Part shown: piece by piece, positions 1 through 8,699 of the stretch
Layout of the letters: each line of letters starts with the position of its first letter
Numbering within the stretch: position 1 is the stretch's first letter
Origin: Octopus sinensis
Lineage: Eukaryota
NCBI RefSeq assembly: GCF_006345805.1
Contig: NW_021828236.1
Span: 1-9,028, forward strand
Direction: 5' to 3'
Length of the DNA: 9,028 nucleotides
Translations under genes and position numbers: made by a program
Notes under the pieces: model-generated
Seen by the model: the letters and a program-made list of their open reading frames with translations, nothing else
The model's database searches: none
Told to the model about the DNA's origin: nothing

Positions 1-61
1 AAGGTTATTTCCTAACAATTCCGCTTTATTTTAATTAACTTGACAAAATTTCTATAGTAAT

Positions 62-188
62 CATAAACCTCAGGGAAAGGTGAATTCAACCCTGGCAGCG
101 GGTTGAGTTTAAAATCTAAAGCGACGTACCCCCAAAACACCACAAAGCACTTTGTCCAGCGATCTATCAAATCTGACAGTCCACCGCC
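62..188 (-). mobile_element. Degenerate tRNA-derived SINE (5' head plus part of the central domain)
   Basis: The minus strand begins GGCGGTGGACTGTCAGATTTGATAGATCGCTGGACAAAGTGCTTTGTGG. It aligns ungapped at 29/50 nt with 4294-4343(+), and 15 of the 21 mismatches are transitions. Its downstream part resembles 4140-4195. It matches my recollection of an abundant Octopus SINE head (GGCGGCGAGCTGGCAGAATCGTTAGCACGCCGGGCAAAATGC), which I have not verified. Confidence 0.6.
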
Positions 189-376
189 AATATTTAATTC
201 GTTTAATAAAATTTAGAGTGGATTCAGCGATAGCAGCTTACCAAGATGCTACACACTAAGTTAGATGACATGTAATACAGCATACATCTGTACGTTCTAA
301 CATTTATCTCCATGCATTTTTCTTCTTTTTTTTTTTTTTTTAACTTCTTACTGCATATTAGACCACTCCACTTTAG

Positions 377-629
377 GAATCACTTATCTTAGCTATGAAC
401 AAGAACAATCTTTCGCAGCAGACGAAAATATGATCAGCCTGTCAAAAGAGAAAATATAAAGTAGTATAGATGAAATGGATGAAAGTAAGAACAAGTCAGA
501 TGTAGTGAAATAAGACAATCGTAGACGTAGATTTTATTGGTCAGTTATAAAATATTTTCTTCTTGGGTTTATTGGGGGCTATTTTTAGAAACCCTTCTTA
601 AGATTTCCGTCACAATAATGGTAACTTAT
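377..629 (+). pseudogene. Possible decayed exon encoding a cytoplasmic tail plus a single transmembrane segment
   Basis: Poly-T tract and CTTTAG acceptor ending at 376; GTAAGT donor at 630-635. The frame from 379 reads ITYLSYEQEQSFAADENMISLSKEKI*SSIDEMDESKNKSDVVK*DNRRRRFYWSVIKYFLLGFIGGYF*, so it has in-frame stops. Confidence 0.18.
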
Positions 630-734
630 GTAAGTAAAGAATCTGAAGGAATCAACTATATCTAACCAAAACAGAAATAATCCTCGTTCTAACAGATTAT
701 ACACTTTCTTTCAAATTCTCCTCCAGCTCCCCAT

Positions 735-838
735 CACCACTAACTCCACCACCACCACCAACAACAACAACAATAACAACAACAAAAACAACAATAATAA
801 TAATAATAACAATAACAACAGCAACAGCATCAACAAAC
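735..838. repeat. Compound trinucleotide microsatellite (CAC)n-(CAA)n-(AAT)n-(CAG/CAA)
   Basis: Read directly from the sequence. Confidence 0.95.
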
Positions 839-1238
839 ATATACGCTTCTTAAACCTCGTTTTGAATTATGTATACGCTGCCATCTTTTACGGCTGAATA
901 TATACTTCCTCAATATGACCGAAGGTGTCTTTATAAAAATCAATGATACGTTTTCACCCTAGAAGATTTTATAACTTTCTGTCTGTGTTTCATTACCTTA
1001 TTGTTGCTCAGTTCAGATTCGGGATGATGCAGCAATGTCGGTGGAGGTAATAGAACTGAACTAGAGTAACTAGAATTGGACGGAAATACGGTACTCTGTT
1101 TAAGGAAGATGGAAAAAACATAGAGGGAGTGGCGGGGGAGGAGTTGTATTAAAATGAGAAAAGTATTACAGTAACGTAGATAGAAATGATGGCAATTATA
1201 AACATTAATAATTAAGTTGAGTATAAAAAGAAATGGAT

Positions 1239-1240
<2 letters not shown>

Positions 1241-1278
<38 letters not shown>

Positions 1279-1345
1279 CAGATAGACTTGAATAGAGAGA
1301 GACACAGAGAGAGAGAGAGGTAGATACACAGGCTGAGAGACAGAC
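1241..1345. repeat. (GATA)n / (GACA) / (GA)n microsatellite
   Basis: Read directly from the sequence. Confidence 0.95.
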
Positions 1346-1405
1346 AAACAAGGAAACGGACCGCACACAGGCATGGAACATACAAACATACAGACACCAT
1401 AGATG

Positions 1406-1474
<69 letters not shown>

Positions 1475-1738
1475 CATATATATATATACATATATATATG
1501 TATATATATATAAACGTATGTAAGCATATAAATATATATATATATATTTACATATAAATATATATGTAGATATATATATATATATCTATATATATAGTTA
1601 ATATTATATATATATACATATATATATATACATGCATGTATATGTATATGCGCATATATATGTGTGTGTGTGTGTGTGCGTGTGTGTGTATGTGTGCATG
1701 TGTGTGCGTGTATGTGCATGTATATGTAGATGTGTGTG
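1406..1738. repeat. Imperfect (TA)n grading into (TG)n/(TATG)
   Basis: Read directly; source of the IY- and HT-repeat ORFs in the track. Confidence 0.95.
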
Positions 1739-1756
1739 GTTATGTATCAAACGAAC

Positions 1757-1801
1757 CAGCAGATAGACAGATGGATGAAGAAAGAGAGACAGACAGACAG
1801 C

Positions 1802-1887
<86 letters not shown>
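1757..1887. repeat. (GACA)/(GATA)n; perfect GATA run of 21 units at 1804-1887
   Basis: Read directly from the sequence. Confidence 0.97.
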
Positions 1888-1888
<1 letters not shown>

Positions 1889-2013
1889 AATGCGAAACAG
1901 AAAATTGAAGCGGATCAAAGATATGATTGTGACAGAGAGAAATGCTATCTTTCGGTAAAATTCTACAAAAGAGATTTTATGAAGATTATGGAAGCTTTCT
2001 TTTGGAGTTTTAC

Positions 2014-2171
2014 CTTGTTTGGCCAATGGATTTAGTAGACCTCCATATTGTCTTTACTGAAGATAATAAGCTGTCAGGAGTGGACGTCTTTCTCTACCTT
2101 TGTTGGTCGTCCTTTTCATTGGTTCTGGCGACACACAAACTACTATCCACTGCATTAGATAGGATTAAAGA
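2014..2171 (-). other. Candidate minus-strand exon (158 nt, no fully open frame)
   Basis: Minus-strand acceptor TTTTTTTTTTGTTTTGTTTATTCCGTTTAG and donor CAAG|GTAAAA. All three frames contain a stop. Confidence 0.18.
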
Positions 2172-2220
2172 CTAAACGGAATAAACAAAACAAAAAAAAA
2201 ACATGCAGAGTATGATCCCA

Positions 2221-2316
2221 TGTGCGCGCGCACACACACATACGTACACAGGAGCAATATGTGTGTATGTGTGTTTGTGCATGTATGCCATACGTATTTA
2301 TATATATATATATGTG

Positions 2317-2348
<32 letters not shown>

Positions 2349-2370
2349 TGTATGTATGTATGTATGTATG
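2221..2370. repeat. Alternating purine-pyrimidine tract (TGTGCGCGCGCACA palindrome, CA, TG, TA) plus (TATG)n
   Basis: Read directly from the sequence. Confidence 0.9.
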
Positions 2371-2388
2371 ACTGTACATATCAACGGG

Positions 2389-2530
2389 TAGAGAGAGAGA
2401 AAGATAGATACATAGAACAGACAGACAGATAGATATGTGTTTATATGCATGTATATATATATATCTATATATATCTTATATATATATATATAATATAATA
2501 CTATATATATATATATATCTATATATATAT
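2389..2530. repeat. (GA)/(GATA)/(GACA) followed by imperfect (TA)n
   Basis: Read directly from the sequence. Confidence 0.9.
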
Positions 2531-2624
2531 ATCACGATCATCATAATTCATATGTTAATGCACTTTTATTTGTCATTGTCTATGATATATCCGATTTTTT
2601 CAGTGTCTCTATCACTCCTGTATT

Positions 2625-2705
2625 TATCTATCTAATCTATCTATCTATCTATCTATCTACCTACCTATCTAGCTGTCTGTCTGCCTGTCTTTGTATCTAT
2701 CAATC
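2625..2705. repeat. (CTAT)n/(CTGT)n, i.e. GATA/GACA on the minus strand
   Basis: Read directly from the sequence. Confidence 0.9.
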
Positions 2706-3243
2706 TATGTATCAATTTGTGCTGGTGTCTCTATGTGTAATGCGCATGCGTCCATGTATTTGTGTGTCTGTATAGGTATGCATTTATGTTTATACATCAA
2801 TCTTTGAGATTTGTCTTATGTTATTAAAATGTACATACAATATATATTGTAGGCTACAGAGCACTATTTTCTTTTTTAACTGTCCAACTATAGGGGACAT
2901 TAGTGTGACCTAATTCCCTTATGACATTATTAGGGTCTCTTAGAACTTCTGTATGCACGACGTCTTTAGAACCCCATATACAGAAACAGACACAAAAATA
3001 TGCATATACCTAAACACATTTGCACACGCTCAAAGACACATGCATAATACACACACACATGTATATAGATATATGTAAATGCCACCAAGCGATTGGTCTG
3101 CCCTCTACTGGAAGTAGAGATACTTTCAATCAATCAACAATTTTTCTTATATGTTATTTAATATATGTTTATTCGTCTCTCATGTCAACATTCCACCTGG
3201 CATTAGCCATTCTCAGTAATTTCTCTAAGATCATTTTCATTCG

Positions 3244-3554
3244 TATATATATATATATATGTGTGTGTGTGTGGGTGAGTGTGCGTGTGTGCATATATAT
3301 GTATGTATAAGTATATACATGTATACATATGTATGTATATATATGTAAGTCTATATATACGTATGTGTATATATATATATGTATATATGTATGTATATAT
3401 ATATGTATGTATATATATGTGTATGTATATGTATGTATGTATATATATATGCATGTATGTATATGCATGTATATATATATGCATGAATATGTGTATATAT
3501 ATGTATATATATACATGTGCATATGCATGTATGCATATATATATATATATATAT
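3244..3554. repeat. Mixed (TA)/(TG)/(TATG) microsatellite, ~310 bp
   Basis: Read directly from the sequence. Confidence 0.95.
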
Positions 3555-3736
3555 AGCTTGTCCCAGAATTAACTATTTCAAAGAAATAGCTCAAATTTTA
3601 AAGAAACTGACAGAATTTAATATTTATTACTTAATTATGATACCAAAACAATTAGATTTATATATCTTACGTCAAAACTTTATTGGAAATGTTCAACATG
3701 CGCTCCTTCTGTATCCCCACAAATTCCAAATCTTAC

Positions 3737-3857
3737 CTTAGGACACATTTTGAAGCATTTCAGCAATTTTCTCTTGCACTTTTAAGAGGATGCGTTCTTT
3801 AAGTTCGGCTAAATTATTGCTCCATTCTCGGGATGGACGTAGAGAATATGATTGCAG
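3737..3857 (-). other. Candidate minus-strand exon (121 nt)
   Basis: Acceptor TTATTTTTTTTCAATTTAG and donor AAG|GTAAGA. The phase-0 frame reads LQSYSLRPSREWSNNLAELKERILLKVQEKIAEMLQNVS then TAA one base before the donor. No family recognised. Confidence 0.22.
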
Positions 3858-4048
3858 CTAAATTGAAAAAAATAAGCTGTTGTGGACAGATAGGTATGAA
3901 AATAAGACTAGAAATAGAATTATTGAAAAAATTTATAAAAATTATAAAATTAGAAACAAATATATACACTTGTAACGCATATTTAACTTAATAAACATAA
4001 ATAAAAGTGAGTTTTTCTTTAAAAATTGCTCGATTTCACTGAAATAGT

Positions 4049-4197
4049 GTTCAAATTTTTGAGAAAAGCCACCAATTTCGAGGGAACAGGTAAGTCGATT
4101 ACATTGACCCCGGTGCTCGACTGGTACTCATTTTATCGGCCTCGAAAGGATAAAAAGTGATGCAAGCCCGGCGGAATTTGAACTCAGATCGTAGAGG
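4049..4197 (-). mobile_element. tRNA-derived SINE, 3' portion (box B, central conserved domain, tail); 5' head missing at this position
   Basis: The minus strand has box B GAGTTCAAATTCC (plus 4173-4185), then ATCCTTTCGAGGCCGATAAAATGAGTACCAGTCGAGCACCGGGGTCAATGTAATCGACTTAC. I recognise this as the central domain of an abundant Octopus SINE (MetaSINE-like by recollection). Confidence 0.8.
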
Positions 4198-4293
4198 CAA
4201 AATTTGTATTATAGAGTAGATAAGCTGAAATAACTTATAACCACAGCGGATAGGCTAAAACAAAAATGGACGTATAATTCGTGTAAAATTCAA

Positions 4294-4352
4294 GGTGGCG
4301 GATTCGCAGAATCCGTAAAACATCGAGGAAAATATTTTGCGGTTGTTGTATC
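4294..4352 (+). mobile_element. SINE 5' head fragment, opposite in orientation to 4049-4197
   Basis: 29/50 ungapped identity to the SINE head at 139-188(-), with mostly transition mismatches. Confidence 0.55.
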
Positions 4353-5588
4353 TAGTGATACACATTCCCAATAATTTTTTTAACCCCAGAGTAACTAGGG
4401 ACTTACGAAAAGAAAGGGCTAACTAAAAGTCTGAAAAATAAGCATGGATGTTTAGAACAAACTTATGAAAATTCTTTGGACAGGCAAAGGTTAAGAGACA
4501 GATAACGAGTTGTGATTATTTTTAGCTCTGTGTATAATCAAAATGTTCCTGAAGACAGATAACCTAAGAATGACTATTTTGTATCCGGATAAGAATTACT
4601 GGATTTCTAACCCTTTCACTGCGAACTTAAATTATAAGATGAGCACAAATAGCTCGAAACCAGACGGTCTGGTGGTCCCGTCGTCCCTACAAAATGGTGG
4701 GGATTCGTTCCTCTGCTTGCAACATATATTGGGTGCAGGTTGCATTGATAAACAACTGGAGAAGGTGTCATCCTGGGGTTAAAAACGGTAGTAACGTTGG
4801 TTCCTACAGAACAGTCGATTTGAAGTGGCGATAAACACTACTTTTCAGTATAGTTATTACTTTGCTTGTTTAAATTTTGTAGATATTCTAGTGATGATGT
4901 TAAATATCTACCAAAAAAAAAAAAAAAATAGAATTGGCATTTTCTGCAAGTCGCGTTACCTCAATAAACGTGACATGTATCAAGAGAAAATAGTTTCAAA
5001 CGAACATTGCCCAACAAAAGACAGACTGGTATACAAAACTGCTCTCTACAGTTAAGGATGATAAAATTTTGAGTGGATGTAACTGCTTTACGCCGTAAAA
5101 AGGGTAAAGAAGACCATACACTGAATAACACATATTTTCCGTCCAAATGGAGACCAACACATTTCTTCACTTCGTTATTGTGTCGATATTTCATATATAA
5201 CTTGTTGGTACTTGTCAGAGTATCATTTAAGAAAAAAAATAGGATTTATTTAAGGATGGACTTGATGAAGTCGGAACGAAACCGAATGGCTTTTATCTGG
5301 TATCGGTTCTGTAGCGGTGATAATTCAATTAGACAGAACTGTAGGTCTGTGACGTTACGACATAGCAGCACAACAGCGGGTGCGTTCTATTATAATCGCA
5401 AAATTTTCTGCAGTGCACTACCTCTTTGCAACACATATTTAAGCAAGGATGTTGAAGAGAACGAAACAAATAAAAATGGAGAGAAAACATGCAAAGAGAA
5501 AAAAAAAAAAGAACGCAAAAAGGAAAAAAAAAGAACGCAAAAAGGAAAAAAAGTAAATGAAAGATACGAATTCAGACTGATAGGCAAT

Positions 5589-5785
<197 letters not shown>

Positions 5786-6126
5786 GCGGACAGAATATGG
5801 GAGGCCGAAAGAATAAAACATGTCTAAATGAGAGATGAGGAAGAGTGTGCAAGAAATAAGAGAACAACGATAAATAGAAGAAAATAGCTTAAAGCTGGAT
5901 ATATACTGGTCAATGATGGTGACATTTACAGCTGTCGATAGCAGTGTTTCAGTGTGAAAACTAATCGCAGATATAATGAAAAATCGGACAATAAGCGGAG
6001 TCAGCTGTGCTGTACTTATTAAAAACTAAAGAATAGTTAGTGTCTCTGGAATGGCCCTGCAACTGCCTTTTATTGTGTAGACGTTATAGTATAGCGTGTT
6101 AACTATATCCAGATTTCAGTGGCTAT

Positions 6127-6299
6127 TTAAATGGAGATTATCTTGCTGGTGCTTTTATTCCGTCCCCTTTGCTGTTTTAATCTCGTGATGACAACATCAT
6201 AAATGTCACAAACTTTCTCCCAATCCTTTCTAGTTTCAACAAAACGGAGAAACAGATTTCGTAGCAGATTTCTGAAATCGTGTGACTTGACTTCACACG
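6127..6299 (-). CDS. Candidate terminal coding exon of an unidentified gene
   Basis: Long pyrimidine tract ending TTTCTCTCGATCTCAG. After 2 split-codon bases the frame reads CEVKSHDFRNLLRNLFLRFVETRKDWEKVCDIYDVVITRLKQQRGRNKSTSKIISI* (stop at 6127-6129). AATAAA lies on the minus strand at 6069-6074. No homolog recognised. Confidence 0.35.
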
Positions 6300-6594
6300 C
6301 TGAGATCGAGAGAAATATATTTTAAAGAAAGAAAGGGGAAAGAAGAAGAAAAAAGATTTAATGATTGAATTATTCTATAAAATGGCGGTTATATTACGTT
6401 GGAAGATATGCAACTGAAGAAAAGTTGATTAGATAGATAATATATTTCACCAAAAAGAAAAGAGGAATACGGGTTACTGCGGTCGATCTACAGGTAGAAC
6501 GAAGTTCAGTGGAGTATTTGATGCGGTGGAATTTTTCACAGTAGAAAAATACTTTCACTATAGCAGAGAAAGCCTGTTGTGTATGTTGTGTGAG

Positions 6595-6710
6595 TATATA
6601 TATATAATATATATAGATATATATATATATATATATATAATATATATTGTATGTATGTATGTATGTATGTATGTATGTATATATATTATATATATATATA
6701 TATATATGTG
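6595..6710. repeat. (TA)n-(TATG)n-(TA)n microsatellite
   Basis: Read directly from the sequence. Confidence 0.95.
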
Positions 6711-6764
6711 TGAACAGGAATTAATCTTCTTCTCTCGTCGCTCTTATACGCCATTTGGTCTCAA

Positions 6765-7062
6765 CTCTCCCCCCCTCCTCATCTAACCCCCCTCCCACCC
6801 CCCTCCTCACCTATCCTTCCCCCGACCCCTACTTCTTCAGTCCTTCATCCTTTCTCCCCTTCCCTTCTTCCCTCTTTTTCTCCCTCCCTCCTTCCCTCTT
6901 CCCCTTCCTCTGCTCCCTCACTCCCCTTCTCTCTCCCCCTCTCCCTCTTTCCTCCTCCTCCCCCCTCTTCCTCCCCTTCATTCTCCCCCTCATCTCCTCC
7001 CCCTCTTCTTCCCCTCCCCTTCTCCTCCCCCTCTTCTCTCTCCCCCTCCCCCTCTTCTCCTC
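6765..7062. repeat. ~300-bp C/T-rich polypyrimidine low-complexity tract
   Basis: Almost exclusively C and T on the plus strand, with many C4-C7 runs. Confidence 0.95.
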
Positions 7063-7105
7063 ACTACACCGCACGACTTTACACATCACATCATATATGA
7101 TGTGC

Positions 7106-7170
7106 CATACTAATACATACACCAACTAATACATACTAATACGTACTAATACATACTAATACATACACCA
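7106..7170. repeat. Short tandem repeat with a 10-bp unit ACTAATACAT, interrupted by ACACCA
   Basis: CATACTAATACATACACCAACTAATACATACTAATACGTACTAATACATACTAATACATACACCA. Confidence 0.8.
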
Positions 7171-7187
7171 ACCCTATACATACACAC

Positions 7188-7523
7188 GTCCAGACCTCTC
7201 CTACGCCTTAATAGCTGGTCATTCAACCCTATTATCAACCCTATTATCTCCCCTTATTTCGCCGCTCGGCGTCTTCATGTTTGATCTTTGACCTCTGGCC
7301 AAATCAGATCGCCATGTTGATTCGTTAGTTACTGCAACGCATTTTTTTCCTCTCCTTCTTTCTGTGTTTTTTTTTTCTCTCTGTGTATCTTTCTGTTGAA
7401 GAGCGTAGGCTCGAAACGTTAAAGACTTGTTTTATTTATATTTCCTGAGCGCCATACTAATACAATTGTTTGTTTGTTTTCCACCTGCCTTCGTCTTTTG
7501 TCTATTTTCATAAAGCTTCCCGT
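7188..7523 (+). mobile_element. Non-coding Penelope-related terminal repeat (pLTR) or retrozyme-like unit containing a hammerhead motif
   Basis: Contains the hammerhead-like motif at 7388-7425, followed by a T-rich 3' segment that runs into (TA)n at 7524. Hammerheads in PLE pLTRs are established. Boundaries are approximate. Confidence 0.5.
7388..7425 (+). ncRNA. Minimal type I hammerhead-ribozyme-like motif (PLE type)
   Basis: Stem I 5' TCTTT (7388-92); core CTGTTGAA (7393-7400); stem II GAGC-GTAG-GCTC (7401-12); GAAA (7413-16); palindromic ACGT stem III; putative GUU cleavage triplet (7418-20); stem I 3' AAAGA (7421-25). The core differs from CUGANGA at A6 (U here) and has an extra A before stem II. 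Confidence 0.62.
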
Positions 7524-7680
7524 TATATATTATATATATAATATATATTATATATATATATATATATTATATATATATATATAATATATATATAATATAT
7601 CTAATGTATGTATGTTGTATATATGTATATATATCAGGCTTATCGTATTATTATTATTATTATCATGTGAATTATAATTA
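7524..7680. repeat. Imperfect (TA)n, then (TATG) and (ATT)n
   Basis: Read directly from the sequence. Confidence 0.9.
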
Positions 7681-7737
7681 ACTCTTCGTCACAGCCACAC
7701 AACGGTTTTGACATTGTGAAATAAGGATTTTCTATAC

Positions 7738-8001
7738 TTGAATAATTTCGGTATTAGTCTGGAATCTGAAAGTGCTGATGACCCAGAATTTGGGTTGAGT
7801 GCTTCTCTGGAAATACCCTATTTTTATACACTACCAGAACTTAAGATAGATGTATGTCGCTATTTAGTTTTATTTCCAGATTTCATGCCAATAGAGAAGG
7901 AACCAGTTTCTAACCTAGATCCAAGGCTCCTACATTGGAATATCAATAACATCAACAGGGTATTTTTGTATGTATGTTTGAGAGAGAGCGGGCAGAGTTA
8001 G
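7738..8001 (+). other. Unassigned non-repetitive open frame (~75 complex codons)
   Basis: NNFGISLESESADDPEFGLSASLEIPYFYTLPELKIDVCRYLVLFPDFMPIEKEPVSNLDPRLLHWNINNINR. No ATG start and no family recognised; possible donor AGG|GTATTT near 7959. Confidence 0.15.
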
Positions 8002-8067
8002 AGGAGTAAGAGAGAGAGAGGCAGGGAACAAGGGCAGAGAGAGGGGGAACAGAGAGAGGTGGAGAGC

Positions 8068-8140
<73 letters not shown>
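7980..8140. repeat. Purine-rich (GA)/(GAAA)/(GAAACAAA) tract
   Basis: Read directly from the sequence. Confidence 0.92.
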
Positions 8141-8141
<1 letters not shown>

Positions 8142-8210
8142 GGTTTGGGAGGACAGAAGGAGCCCAAGACTAAATTATAGAAGATTCTTTTGCTGTTTTT
8201 GTAGCATATT

Positions 8211-8338
8211 CTTGTTGTGGTTTAGTCTTAGATCAAACCTAAAGGAGTAAAACTATGACGAAAGTAATCCAGTCGTGACCATACGTGGGATTAAATCTCG
8301 AGTCACTCGGCTTCAAAGAAAGCGTTTCAGTCTCACTG
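8211..8338 (-). mobile_element. Highly degenerate tRNA-derived SINE-like fragment of a second family
   Basis: The minus strand reads CAGTGAGACTGAAACGC...GACTCGAGATTTAATCCCACGTATGGTCACGACTGGATTACTTT...GTTTGATCTAAGACTAAACCACAACAAG: a decayed box-B-like GATTTAATCCC and a CAA-type tail. Resembles a cephalopod SINE from memory only. Confidence 0.33.
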
Positions 8339-8384
8339 TTATATATTTAACCATATCTATAAATCTATATGTATCTAATTTACC

Positions 8385-8641
<257 letters not shown>

Positions 8642-8699
8642 GCTCACGGCTTGAATACTTTTGTCATAGATTTTCCATTATGGTTGAATCTAGGCCTAA

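Noticed and set aside
377-3857. Stop-codon reassignment (TAA as sense) to explain in-frame TAAs in the exon candidates
   Set aside because: The repeat content indicates a standard-code animal genome; decay or chance is simpler.
4543-4782. 79-aa plus-strand ORF as a gene
   Set aside because: No recognisable motif, and several frames on both strands are open because of higher local GC.
4960-5046. Minus-strand exon (CCTTAACTGTAG acceptor, GAG|GTAACG donor)
   Set aside because: All three frames contain a stop and there is no other support.
5261-5310. TTGATGAA-GT[CGGA]AC-GAAA-CCGA...TCGGT as a hammerhead
   Set aside because: Stem II is only 2 bp and no stem I pairing is possible, so it is likely chance.
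7775-7800. CTGATGA followed by the CCCA/TGGG hairpin as a hammerhead
   Set aside because: The required GAAA after stem II is absent (TTGAG instead).
7852-7879. GTATGT...TTTCCAG as a 28-nt intron
   Set aside because: Too short for a normal metazoan intron, and splicing it creates an immediate stop.
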